This document shows, one piece after another, positions 41,140-54,729 of a stretch of DNA of 64,000 nt. The stretch is from Octopus vulgaris (lineage: Eukaryota). Within the stretch, counting starts at the first letter, position 1. Every line of letters starts with the position of its first letter. Under the pieces are notes generated by a model. That model was given only the letters and a program-made list of their open reading frames with translations, was not told where the DNA came from and did no database searches. Location: assembly GCA_951406725.2 (NCBI GenBank), contig OX597825.1:2542001-2606000 (forward strand). Direction: 5' to 3'. Made by a program: the position numbers and the translations under genes.

Positions 41140-41595
41140 ATGCTCTCTCAAATGTGTCGACCCCCACCGTAAACTCCTTCTCCCTCTGTGGCGATGACAG
41201 GCATTGTTCTCCCAGTCAGACTCATGCATATCACAGGCCTTTAATGAGGTCTTGACACAGACCTTAGATCGCAGCTTTGGTTTCTGCCGGGGTCCCTTTC
41301 CATTCACAAGTTCCCCACATAGGTTCTGCTTAGAGATGCTATTATCCTTCATTCTAATAAGGTGTCCAGTACAACGTTATCGATGCTTGTGCACCATCGC
41401 CTCAATACGTAAGATATCAGCTTTCCGCTGGACCTGTGAGTCTGGAGGTTTCAAGGTCTAGCTAACATACATAATGTGTCTGAGGCATCTCTGATGAAAG
41501 CGTTCAATACCTCTTGCATGACGTTTGAAAGGGTCCATGTTGAATATTTGGAAATGAGCGATGTCCGTACACATGCACGGTACACAGCAATTTCT
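41140..41595 (-). pseudogene. RTE-clade LINE, post-RT C-terminal fragment
   Basis: EIAVYRACVRTSL...TWTL, ERFHQRCLRHIM, R*RCTGHLIRMKDNSISKQNLCGELVNGKGPRQKPKLRSKVCVKTSLKACDMHESDWENNACHR: the typical RTE C-terminus, with stops and frameshifts. Confidence 0.85.
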
Positions 41596-41623
41596 GTGTG
41601 CGTGTGTGTGGGGGGAGGTGCAC

Positions 41624-41672
<49 letters not shown>

Positions 41673-42199
41673 ACTACGTCGATGATGCAGCAATGCGACA
41701 ACAGGGTCTTCCCTATATCGTCAAACATGTGATGTGCACGTACAGGTTTTCGTCTGCATAATATATATCTACGGAGCTCCGTTTCGGTTTTGGGATTTCC
41801 GAAATACAGTATGAAATTCTCCGAAAATAATATATACATGTTATTTAAGTCTTATGGAAGCCAGAGAAATAACTGTTAGATCTATATGTCTATATGCATT
41901 CTATAGGCATATACACCGACACACGCACATACACATGCACAAATCGACACACATACATTCCATACATACATATATGTGCACACGCACAAGTACACACAAT
42001 CACATATACACACACATCCACACACGTATATATATATATATATATGCATATGTACCTGTATATGCATAAGTTTAAAGATACATTGACCGATACTCACATG
42101 CATCTAAACATATATGTAAGCACGGTTACGTTTCCCTTTTGTGCGCGGGTGTGGATACATTTGTGTGATATATAAATACAAACCTAATGTAAGACTAAT

Positions 42200-42416
42200 C
42201 GTTTCTACTCTAGGCACAAGGCACGAAATTTGTGGGGAAGTAGGCACGTCGATTACATCGAACTAGGTACGCAACTGATACATAGGTTTATCGACGCCGA
42301 AAGGATGAAAGGCAAAGTCGACCTCGGCGATATTTGAACACATAATGTTAAGTCAAACGAAATACCGCTAAGTATTACGCCCAGCATGCTATCGTTTCTA
42401 CCTTCTCGACGCCTTA
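42200..42416 (-). mobile_element. SINE family B copy (tail type 2)
   Basis: TTTATCGACGCCGAAAGGATGAAAGGCAAAGTCGACCTCGGCG core; tail GTTTCTACTCTAGGCACAAGGC. Confidence 0.85.
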
Positions 42417-42472
42417 TATGAGAAAAGAAAAGTATATGCATTTATATATGCATATATATATATATAAATGAT

Positions 42473-42869
42473 TTTCTTCCTTAGGTACAAGGCCCAAATT
42501 TTTTGGGATGTGGGTCAGTCGCTTAGATCGACCCTAGTAAGCAACTAGAACTTAATTTAGCGACAACGAAAGGATGAAAGACAAAGTCGACCTCGGCGGA
42601 ATCTGAACCCAGAACATAAAGACATACGAAATGCCTATTTCTTTACTACCCACAAGGGGCTAAACACAGAGGGGACAAACAAGGACAAACAAATGGATTA
42701 AGTCGATTATATCGACACCAGTGCGTAACTGGTACTTATTTAATCGACCCCGAAAGGATGAAAAGCAAAGTCTACCTCGGCGTAATTTGAACACAGAAAA
42801 CAGCGGCGGACGAAGTATCCCTAAGCAGTTCGCCCGGCGTGCTATCGTTTCTGCCAGCACGCCGCCTTT
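42473..42869 (-). mobile_element. Dimeric/composite SINE family B (full unit with tail 1 fused to a headless unit with tail 2)
   Basis: 42636-42869 is the reverse complement of the 48849-49069 type; it runs directly into a second core (GAAAGGATGAAAGACAAAGTCGACCTCGGCGG) and tail type 2 at 42473-42635. Confidence 0.85.
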
Positions 42870-44138
42870 AAATATAAGAATATTATAAGGTAACGGGAAT
42901 AGAAAGAGAAATAAGACACAGTATAGTGTTATACAAAAAGAGAACCGATAACAAAAGTAACGTATCTATATGAAAGACTTAAAAATATACATAAATATGT
43001 ATGTATGTATGTGTGCGTGCATGTGCGTGTTTCTATATATGCATATATATGTGTGTGTGCGAGCGTGTGTATATGTGTATATATATGCACATATAGACAG
43101 ACATTTATGTTTATATATTTCGTGTGTTTTTTGAATGCATACTCGTATAGACGTACTCTCATACTTTATATTTCAAATGAATTGTATGAATGACTACATC
43201 TGTATAGCGTACTTGTGTATATCTGTGTCTGTGTGCTTGAATGTGTGTTTGCGAGTAAGTATCTGTAAAAGCTGCCGCAGCCAACACGTCTGGAGGAGAT
43301 AGCGAAATCTTTTTTGTAGCATTAATTGTCAACAAGCGTTAATTGTTAAATATCTCTGTTACGAAGATAGATTTTCTGATATTCTTGTGATGACATGAAA
43401 AATTGCAGCTGCTACACCATGATTCTCGACTGCAATCAAATATAAGACATCTTACTTTATTACCAGCCAAATATACTGACAATATGCTACGCGGTTACTA
43501 GTATATTAGCACATTTTATTATCATTCTCTTTTCCTGTCTTCGACCTACATTATAACTGTTTAGAATGCTCTGAGATTACATGTCGCGTTCTCCCACGGC
43601 AGAATTATATATCTACCTCATCTTAGAACAATATATCATTCCTGCGAATTATCTGTAAGACATTCAGTCTAAACCTTCACTCAAGTACTTCTTACTTTAA
43701 AAACATCAGAGACCTGTCCAATCTATCCATATAAACATCATTATGTATTATTTCTAGCTTGCCATTGGATATATACGAAGCACGCATAATAGATGATATT
43801 TTAACGCTCATGTCCACAATGTAGAACTATTTAAAAAAACCAACAACAGAAGAATCATTATTCGGAGCTAGAAACAAAGACAGTTCTGCAGCGGCTGGAG
43901 AGTCTGTGCTATTGGCCCTTATCTCCATATTTTATTCGGGCCAGGTATACGATATAAAAAAACAAAAATTTGGAAAATACGAAATCACTGTGCAAAAGGG
44001 CGCAACATGATGCTTGCTATATTTCGACGAAATAAACTGTGTGTTGGAATTGGGGGAACAGGGATCAAATACTATCGTGGATATCAGTCTACAGTAAGGT
44101 ATATATAAGTAGAGAATACATTGTAAACTCATGTATAG

Positions 44139-44184
<46 letters not shown>

Positions 44185-44278
44185 CATATGGATATATATA
44201 TATAAATATGTATATATATACGTATATATATATATATATATATATAGACATATATGCATATATATATATATATAAATA

Positions 44279-44323
<45 letters not shown>

Positions 44324-44330
44324 GCATACA

Positions 44331-44364
<34 letters not shown>

Positions 44365-44369
44365 CATAC

Positions 44370-44598
44370 TCATTCCCCTCCGGTCATTCAAGATGTGACC
44401 GCGTGTGTATCGATGGCGAATTTTCTTTCTCCGTCTTCCCTTCCTTGGACATTTTCTTTCTCTATGTTTCTCACGAAGAGCTCCACTCGAAAAGGTAAAT
44501 CCACCTCTTTTTCTTTCCTTTCCTGAGCGTCCAATAACACTATACCTGGTCCACGTCCTTGCGCTGTGTGTTTTCTCTTTGTTCATGTTTGGATTGAC
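44370..44598 (+). mobile_element. Short microsatellite-flanked non-autonomous element with a degenerate HHR-like motif
   Basis: Pyrimidine-rich island between (CATA)n and (TA)n; TTT-CTCACGA-A-GAG-ctcca-CTC-GAAA-AGG-TA-AA at 44467-44499. Confidence 0.35.
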
Positions 44599-44617
44599 TA
44601 TATATATACATACAATT

Positions 44618-44686
<69 letters not shown>

Positions 44687-45170
44687 TATCTATACATGCA
44701 TAGACATACACACGCATACTCATATTTGTGTATGTGTATATCCATATGCAAACATGTTCACAGGCAAGTATCAAAATCACATTCCGAATAAAGACTATTT
44801 CAATTTGTGTGCAACGTAACTAATGTTTGTGTCTTGCGCAAGACAACAGTGGCGTGTTTATGTTTCATAGTTTTAACACTAGAATAATAATGTTATTCAA
44901 GAAAAATTCACCGTATCGCAAATTTCGCCGCCTGGTAGTTGATCTTGAAAATGATGTTGAATAACTTTCCCATATGTTATAATACCATATTTCAAGGAAT
45001 TATATGTGTATATACGACACTTATGAAGTTTCAATACAAACATTTAAAAGCAATCCTTTGTCCAGCGTAAATATGAAAACTTTACTACGTACCTTCCGTA
45101 TTGTCATGTGTTGCTGTCAACATACATTTACATACATACATACATGCATACTTACATACACATATATGTA

Positions 45171-45370
45171 TATGAGGTATGATCAATAAGTATCCGGACT
45201 GTTGTCATAACGAAGCTAAATCACACACAGTGAAACCGTTTGGCACAGATTAACCTTGACGTCTGTTGCGCATGCCAAGTTCGTTTTAGTGTTCTAGCTA
45301 ACTTCCACATTTTATGACACTGCTTGGAAGGAAGGTGTGTAGCGTGTGATCGATGATTTGTCCATGACAG
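45171..45370 (+). mobile_element. Mariner-like 5' terminal fragment
   Basis: TA followed by TGAGGTATGATCAATAAGTATCCGGACTG resembles mariner TIRs; no partner TIR or transposase seen. Confidence 0.45.
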
Positions 45371-45561
45371 ATAGTCTGGCAATGTCGCCTGCTGTAGGCA
45401 ACGTGCCTCCCATCACAGTCATTAAGAAGTGCTTTTCATGGCTATTGTCTAGTTTTAACGCCTATTTCTAGTAATACTTATGCTGATTAGTGCCCTTAGT
45501 CACTTTAGTGACCTCCATATTTCTGCTCTTAGATTATAAAATTGCGAATAAGCTACCATAT

Positions 45562-45624
<63 letters not shown>

Positions 45625-45770
45625 GTCTATATGCATATGAGTGAAATTTGGTCGAGTTTAGACTATCGAGCACTCTCATAGACAGAACATAGCTGGGTTT
45701 ATAATTTCATGGGTGGTTATGTGTAGGTATATATACACAGAGGCATACAACCATTGACGCATACACACAC

Positions 45771-45849
<79 letters not shown>

Positions 45850-46030
45850 CGCAAGTGTACCAGCTTAGATAAAGAAATGGACATATAACGTTATATGTGT
45901 GTGTGTGGATGCGCGTGCGTGTTTGTGCGTGTGTGTATGTTTGTTTGCATGTATATATGCATATGTATATATATTATATATATGTACATATATATATATA
46001 TATATATATATACACGTATGCACACACACA

Positions 46031-46074
<44 letters not shown>

Positions 46075-47949
46075 CATCATACATACTTATGCATATATAT
46101 ATATATATATATGCATTTACACGCACAGATACATCATTTGTATATTACATTGAAACCCATGTTGCATGTTAGCTACATTCATCAGAATGCAATGTTTCAT
46201 TTGCCAATTCTCAAAAGATGTTCCTGCTTGGAATTAAATCATGCATGAGATTTCGCTGACAAAACAAATGAGAAATGAGAAAACTCCACAGCTTAAGCGT
46301 AATATGTCATACATTAGACAGTTTAAGGTTGAGGTAATTGTTAACTGATGCATCATTCAGCTTCTACAATCGTTACAGCATCCCAAAGAATGCCCTCGTT
46401 GTTTAGTTACCCGGCTTGAATATTCTTCTTATTTGGTATCTACTCATGCTTCCAGAGTACACGAAATGGCTTATTATTTAAGTACCTCATTCGATTTAAC
46501 AAACCTCTTAGTCATCACACATGTGTATCTAGTCCTGTTAGAAGGATATCAGCTAACTTCGTTGTTTATCCGTTCAGATTGTTTAACCATGAATATATTT
46601 TTCTATTATTAATTCTTTGATGATAATGATACATTATCATGTTTTATTACTTGAAATACCGGCACGCTTTGAAACAGAGATTATTATTTCTGCTCCCGAT
46701 TTTCCTCTGTAAAGTGTTTTATCGGTATCTATTTTAAAAAGAGCGAAGTACTTACCTTACGGGCAAACAGAGCAAAATAAACGGAGTAATATCACTGTGA
46801 ATTTTTATTCACTCATCACATTCTACAGCGATATTGCGTTTTACACAGACATACACAAGCACAGGCGCACACGAATACACATGGATGTAAACATTTAATA
46901 TAAAATGCATAATATTTTACCGACCAAAATATAGTTATGCCTGTGGGTGCGTGTACATTCATCACTGGCTGGTTGTTTCCTGGAGAAAGTAGTGATACCC
47001 TGCAGATAATACTAGTGAAGCATATTTAATATATAAAAATTAGTTCATTACTAATAACTTAAACTATTATTATCTTCAAAGTTTCAGCTCGACGAACAAA
47101 TCGCGAGATGCCTTCTTACTGAACGGAAATAATGAGTGGTGCTTATTTAATAGAACTGAGTATCTGTGTTATTTTATGGCAAATATCCGTTTTGACATTC
47201 TCGTGAGAATTGAGGAACTGATTTTGTACAAGTGATGGCTATTCAGTTGTGGTGTGAATTAAATTTATCGAAAATATAAGTTACAAAGTAAAAGAATAAA
47301 TTTATAAATTTCTTGTACGAAATGCTACGGAATGGAAACATTGTAACCGCTGTTTCCAGTACTTTAATTCCGCTTTAATACACATAGGAGGTAAAAATGT
47401 TAATATTACAAAGGCCACACATTCAGTGTGAAGTAATTCAGTTTCAAATGAGGAGAGCAAAGGAGGTGCGAAATCTGGTGTGCATGGTGTGTGATAAGAT
47501 GCAATCATACTAAGATTGGAATCGGTGAGTTTGTAGGTGATACAGATTGTAGCAGCTGAGTTTGAATGGCCAGTTGTCTGCCGATTGCAATCTCTTTTAC
47601 TGCCAACACTTCTACAGCCATGATCCATAATCACCATATCTGCCAATCTATTCCACATCATCATGAAATCCTGCAAGTTAATGAAATATTCAATCGACTG
47701 TTTAATAAATATGATTCTGTGAGTTGCGCTATATATATCTTAAATCCAAACCTTATTAGTGATAAGTTTATATTGATGAATTATGAATCTGGAAACTTAA
47801 CAAGATTTCGTGAAACCAGAAACTAAATCTAATTTATTATTTTTACAATTAACCATTTTTCAATTTCCTTCATATTCGTATACTGTGAAATTGATTAGAG
47901 CAAAATTCATATGAATACTGGGTTATGAAAACGTTATCACTTGTATCGA

Positions 47950-48400
47950 CCAGAAAATCGGATTCTGCTGAACATCGATGGTCACAATTTTTTTCTCAAT
48001 TGCGCCACCCTTTTCCATCTTGTCCAAAATCGTTTAACTAAATCGCCTGTCCGTCTTCATTGAAGCATACCAAGATGCCTTTTCCGATCTCCCGGTTACC
48101 AGTCGGCAACAACTTTTTCTCCACCTGTGGCATATCCCCATCTCCAAGGGATTTCTGCATTCAATATACAGTGATCACGTATTAAACCCACTCAGTTCTC
48201 AAATTACTTCATTTCACATATGATCACACAAAGAGACTTCCAGGGATCTTTGCTTCGTGCCCAATCGATGTTCTTCCTTCATTGCAGTACCTAGATATTG
48301 CACAGATAGGGCGCTATAACGACATAATTTCGCCTTATCAAGCTGTGCGTTGAGCACAACCGTTGTTGAAGTAAACACCTTCCATCCTATTTATGCTGTC
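47950..48400 (-). pseudogene. Decayed Tc1/Tc3-like transposase
   Basis: Minus-strand IDWARSKDPWKSLCVIICEMK*F, ILVCFNEDG and VQQNP occur in the order of the W..V.FSDE.KF, VW.CF...G and FQQDN motifs. Confidence 0.4.
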
Positions 48401-48848
48401 ACCGAGATTTTGCATGCATGTCCCAGCACATATTCACTGTGTTTTAAGTACATGTATTCCTTCACAAATTTAATAACTTTTTTCTCTCTTCTATTCAGTT
48501 TTCAGGCCACATTTTGTTTTCATAAGGTTTATTTTAATTTAAAATCTACATATGAACTCTGGGTGTTCTGTTCTGTCAGTATGGAATGCAACTGATCTGA
48601 TTTCGAAGAGGAATACGTTGTCATCCACTCAACCGAGGTGTGCTAGTAGGTCAGTGTTTATGCTCACACCACCTGTCTAGTCGTTACTTTTACCTTTATT
48701 GCTATACATCGCTAACAACTTACAAGCCTGCACGGCAAGTTATGAGGTTTCGTTCACAATTGCGCATCAAAATAAACAATTATGTAAAGAAGGCAATCGA
48801 AAATGCTAAAACATAGATGCTATGCATACGCACTATGCACAGCGCATA

Positions 48849-49069
48849 GAAGGCAGCGAGCTGGCAGAACCGTTAGCACGCCGGGCGAAATGCGTAGCCA
48901 TATTTCGTCTGAGTTCAAATTCCGCCGATAACGACTTTACCTTTCATCCTTTCGGGGTCGATAAATTAAGTACCAGTTACGCACTGGGGTCGATGTAATC
49001 GACTTAATCCGTTTGTCTGTCCTTGTTCGTCCCCTCTGTGTTTAGCCGCTTGTGGGCAATAAAGAAATA
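48849..49069 (+). mobile_element. SINE family B, full-length copy with a 17-bp target-site duplication
   Basis: Head AGGCAGCGAGCTGGCAGAACCGTTAG, B-box GAGTTCAAATTCC, core CCTTTCATCCTTTCGGGGTCGATAAATTAAGTACC. TSD ACTATGCACAGCGCATA at 48832-48848 and 49070-49086. Confidence 0.93.
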
Positions 49070-49357
49070 ACTATGCACAGCGCATACACTTGTGCACCCT
49101 TGTACACTATGGTTTTAATCTTCGATTGCATCATTTACGCAGCTTGAAATGGCGGCTCTGAATTCCATATGTAATAAATATACAGAGATGGAAAAATGTA
49201 TGACTCTGCTAATAAATGGTAAGAGACAACAATATTGAGAGCGTATCTTAGTTGCAAAACTGTTGGATTACCAGCAATTACATATTTATTCAATGCCACT
49301 GTATTTTCGGTCAAGAGCTTTCGGTATTTGTATAAGTTTGTACATATATATATGTAT

Positions 49358-49388
<31 letters not shown>

Positions 49389-49439
49389 CATGTGTGTGCG
49401 CGGTGTATGTGCGTGGGTGTGTTTTGTCTTCGTGTGTGC

Positions 49440-49637
49440 GTTTGTGCCTTACTACTGCTTGACATTCAATTTTGGTGTGTTTACCTCCTCCTAAAATAGC
49501 GGTTCTGCAAAAGAGATCGATAAAATGTGTAGCAGGTCTTAAGATATACGTATCGATGATGATTCCTTTGACTAAAACAAAAATTCAAGCTTGCCCTAGC
49601 ATGGCCACGATCTAATGAGAATAAAAGCTAAAAGATA
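49440..49637 (+). mobile_element. SINE family A 3' half, diverged
   Basis: TGGTGTGTTTAC...TAGCGGTTCTGCAAAAGAGATCGATA...AGCATGGCCAC matches the family A tail. Confidence 0.65.
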
Positions 49638-50499
49638 CTCCGCAAAAGTTTAGTGAAATATGAAATGTTAGAAAACTAAAAACGTATAAATGTGTTCAGT
49701 GTTAAATTATTCGGTTGGGTCTGTAAATTGAATTATGATATTATTGCTTGATAGACCCTCAAAAATGAATTGATTCTATAACATTCTTTGGAAACGTACT
49801 ATAATATCTTATCTTTGTGCATCTAATAATCTTTACTTTGCAATATATAATGCCACAAAGTTATCTAATTGGCTGAATTTTGCGATGATTCCATTCTACC
49901 TGCTCGTGATAGTATATAATTCAGAAGAATATACCCCATTTATAGCCAACTACATCTTTATTTGTATCGTTCTGTAACTGATAAGATGTAACATTGATAA
50001 ATCTTGAGATAACAGAGGATTAAAGTTTGATAGCTGATATATTGATTCTTACCAACATCTGATTATGTTTTTACGAAATATTTTAACTTGGAATAAATTT
50101 GTATGAGTCTAGATAAGAATACAATTTTCATTTATCTAAAGTATAGATATGGATTGCATTTCCATGGTTTCTATCAGATAAATAGAAACATTTCCCACGC
50201 ATTATTTCATTTAGTTACTTCTAAGTATGTTGTGTCATCAATATTCCAGCAGACGAGAAGTCAGTTTCTACATATTTAATATTGGAAAATCATTCATTAT
50301 TTGTCGTCAGAAACTGAATGCTTACGAGTGAGCGTTTATCAAATAATTCTTTACATTCTGAGATCAAACATTTCGGGCCTTGGGCCTTGGGTAGAAAAGA
50401 ATATTTACATCGATGATCATTCATAATTGTCTTATTCCTGATTGCAATGACAGTGCTTTATATTTTATTGAGAATATACATATATATAGAATATAGTGT

Positions 50500-51495
50500 A
50501 AGCATGTTCTAGAAGATATTCCAATGCGCCACCTTAGAAGAATTTATGGAGTACCGAAGAACCTGTTTTATTGTATTTACTTGAATATATTCATAACATA
50601 ATTTCTATTCGTGACGGATTTAACATTTCAATAATCCGGGATAAATAAAAAATGCTAAATATTGGAATAGATAGAAATATTATTCAGTGAAGTCCTCAAA
50701 CTGACAAGAAATTTTACCGATTTCGGTTCATGTTGTTCTCTCAGTAGATTCATATTCTTAAACAGTTTGCAGAATATTCCTCAGCAAACGAACCGAATAT
50801 ATCAAACCAGATATCCTCTTTATATAAAATGTAATGTTTCTTGGCATGCGTCCTTCTGAGTGGAGATGTTTCCTTTTCAAAACATTTGGATGAAATTCTA
50901 GGAATATTTTGATCTTATTTGAAAATGGTCATGTAGCATAATTAGACATTAGTGATTCTTGTAAATTTGTGTGCTCTGTGGTTTTCCTTTACCCATGAGT
51001 GCAACAATGAGGCTGTTGTGTCATGTAGCAACAATCACGGAGAGTTTATAAATTATCCCTCACTATTCATCTTTCATTCTCGAAAGAAGATATTTGCATC
51101 ACGGTAGGCAATTCATGCTTCCTATACTAACCATCCTAAGACTTAGTCTTGTTCTATGAAATCGTTTCCATTAGCATCTTCAGTTCGAATTTAAAGATGT
51201 GCATTTTGCTTTTTTATTAGAATCTTTTCATTTATCTTTTTAATAAAATTAATACCAAAATAGCAATTGTTTTACTTAAGTTATTGAAAATGTTTGATTC
51301 TTTTCAATATTAATTGAAGCCTATTAATTAATGCATATCGTGAACACTTTTGTCTTGAATATGGGTCAGCATAGATTACTTTAAAATCCAATATGCAGTA
51401 TCCTGCTTAATGTTATCGGAAGGATATCATTTTTAATTAAGTAGTGTGTGCGTGTGTGTAGGGGAGAGTAGGAGAGAGAAGTAGGTATATATATG

Positions 51496-51550
<55 letters not shown>

Positions 51551-53950
51551 TATAACTTGGTAAATGTGTCACGTACCACTGATTTATAATTTAATGTAAA
51601 ACCACAGATGGTTGCTGAAGAACAACATCACTTGCGAATTCGACAAAATGCAACAGAACACTATATTTGGTAGCCATACTTCTGTTTTTTATAGGCTTAT
51701 TAATTGATGTTATATAAATATTATTCACAATGAACTCTTGTGTGTTCACCGTTGAGTTTAGGACCACATACATTTTCGTTAACGTGAAACATTTCTAAAT
51801 TTATTGTAACAACTGACGTTTTGTTTGGAGTTAATATAAACTTATTCGTGAAAAAATATTTTACTGGGTTTTATTTAAAACCAAGAAAGTAACATTCCAC
51901 ATTATTTATATTTAATCCTATATTTCACGGACATATATCCCTGGTACATTGTTCAAAGTCTCCCTCATTTCAGTAGCTTTATTCAACTTGAAATTTGTCA
52001 TTTTTTACGCCAATCGATCTTAAACCTCCTCGATTAACATCACAGAAGGTACATGAAACTTCTGAGGGTACACTAAAAATATCCTTTGATAGCTTCGCAT
52101 CGAACTTTGTTGTAGCATATTTTTTTATCGCATCATAAATTGTTGCTAATTTTGAACACGAGTTTAGCTTATCTTCTTATAACCCCTTTTCTCTCTGAAG
52201 TCCAATGTATGAGGATCCCATCTTTTACTGCAAGGTTGCATGATCCCCACGTATGCACTTGACTTTTCTTTCGTTCCCTGTCGTATTTGTTTCTTTATTG
52301 AATCTTAACTTCCTCACTAGCTTATCTTTTACCTGCAAAATTTTGTAGCAGAGAATTTCAAGATTCAGAAAACGCATTTTGAAGTGTGTCAGAGTTTATT
52401 CTACTAACAACACCTCCTCACAAACTTAGAGCTGCCAACGTCATTGAAACGGTATACAACCGATTGACTTGTGTTTCAATCTACAACGTATTATTCACTG
52501 CTCACTCTTTTCATTGTCAATAGGGAACATGTAGTGATCATCACAGGTACGTTTGGTTTTAGAAATGCTTGCTTTGAGATGAACAAATACTTAATGAGTA
52601 TTTGTTTATCTCAAATACTTATACTGCTGCCTCAAAATCGGAATACTGTGAACTCTCATTATGCTGAGGTTTTCAGTCTCATCCAATAGTGAAGATTGGT
52701 AAGAGTTCACGATTTGAAACCTAACGCAATAAACAACTCGAGTCTGTACGATTCTAAAATTTCCCATATTTGCTAGATCAATTCCGATTCTATGTCTATT
52801 AAATATAAAATGATAAATATATATGACTTGACTAAAAATTATCCATCTCTCTGCTTCTGTGGTAGGTGAGAGGCCTGGTGTTTTCCACACTGCAAATAAG
52901 AAGTGCATTTCTGAACTTGGATCACATATAGCAAAATCAACATCGCGAGAGAGGACATTTATTGTAAGCTCAAGATAATTTTGATCAAAATAATGAGAAG
53001 GACATCTTTGTAGAATCATGGACTGAGAGCTTGAAACAGAGATGGCCTTATGTTTAAATCAATCATCGAAAGTTTATAGAAAAATCTTATGTTTTCAGAT
53101 TGTATAATTGTAGGTTGATAAATATCGGTTAAACAAATGTTTTATATATGAGAGCATAATCAAAGTTCGCTTGACAAATTTTTTATATTATCTAGAGGTA
53201 AATTTCTATTTTAAAACTTCTTAACTAATCTAGTTTTCATCGATGTTTGGCATAAAGTATACATATCCAACATAGAATGGAATACAAGATATTCACCTGA
53301 GCACTGCTATTTTCGATGAGTGTGCACCATGCATTGTTTACGATTTTCCCCTAATTTCTCTATATGTTTTACTGCCATGAAAACGAGTATCTTCGATGGA
53401 ATAACGATTTAGAAAGAAGATAGGCTAATATTCCGGTGCTGTCATTAGAGTAATTATGTTTCAAGATTTTAAGAACACAATGTTAAAAATGCCTCTTCTC
53501 ATCGTCATTGATGTCTGTTCCTAATAAAATCCTCCAAATGTAAAAATCCTTTAAAACTATTTTGCTTTTTCCTTGGATGATACTTTATTATTGAGGAACA
53601 AATTTTTAAAGTGTTCCACCATTTTGTGTGGAACTGTACTCAGAAATTTCAAACTTCCATTTTAGCGATTAAATCATTTACCGTGCATCAATTCTTGTAG
53701 ATTCAACTTAACTTCATTCAAGAGATGATTGCTGTATCTTGGGTTCTGTAATTCAAACGAATTTCAAGATGCATTGTTCCATCTAAGGATTTGGCAACAG
53801 GAACTTTGATTTTGTCATCCACTCACAAAATAGGACCACAAACAATTCCTCTTATGATTCTCTGTACATGATCTGATACTTTCAATGACATCAAAGAAAG
53901 CTATGTTCGTTAATTCTCTGTAATACATCAAACACATGTAGTTAAAAAGA
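50500..53950 (-). pseudogene. Highly decayed Ty3/gypsy-like LTR retrotransposon internal region
   Basis: Minus-strand fragments in PR-RT-RH-IN order: LTINVLSRDVDFAICDPSS (protease DTGS-like, about 52970-52915); KEKSSAY/VKDGIL/LDFRE, KYATTKFDAK/KGYF* and IGLNINNVECYFLGF (RT); TEDANG (RNase H TDAS-like); FDIFGSF (integrase-like). No LTRs recognised; boundaries approximate. Confidence 0.45.
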
Positions 53951-54729
53951 ATCAGCTACCGTGAATTGCAAAAACCATTTCTCAATAGCTGCTGCGCCTT
54001 CAAATAAAATGTTCTTGAATCGTGTATATATTCATCTATTACAACATGGTCCCTTTAAATTTCTTAGAAACCGGAATGGTCTTACACAAAATAGCTCTAA
54101 GAAATAAAGATTTACCTTCATTCCTCACACCTATTAATCAATTATTTTTCCATATGAATATGACAGTTGGAAAGAATCACTCTCCTTCCTCTTATGGTTC
54201 TTTTTCGTCTGAAATGTTAGTGTCCTCAATTAAGTGTGAACAGAAAACAAACGTAGAAACATTTGGCACAGTAGAAAATTATATCTACTGAATTAGCGAA
54301 TGTTTACTTAATTCTTCCTTGTACATCCGAATCGTCGTCACAATTGTGATTGTTAATATTCTATGAAAATGAAAACGCCTATGTATTAGAAATATGTAGA
54401 TGAAAAGATGTTCGCTAGTTTTTTTTTTCTGTTTTGCTTACTATCTTTGTCCCTGCATTTCTTTGTCTATAGCTATAAGTAATTCAAGTGATAAAATAAC
54501 CGTCATTTTCATAGTATAATAAGACAAGTATGAGACTTCAGCAGCCATTATTAATAATTTTCAAAACTAAGGATATATCCTGAAGGAAATATAATTCATA
54601 ATTGATGGAAATCTTGCCAACGGATTCCTTTAATTAGGGCTATATCGTTAAACAATTAAAGGAGTACTAGGTCTTCTTGTATAACTTCGTTTACAGTAAA
54701 CACATGGAATGAAGAAGCGGTATATATTC

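Noticed and set aside
46745-46850. Consensus minus-strand donor AAG|GTAAGT
   Set aside because: No convincing upstream acceptor or coding frame.
47302-47676. 124-aa minus-strand ORF behind an acceptor-like ttgcag
   Set aside because: No recognisable domain, donor site or partner exon.
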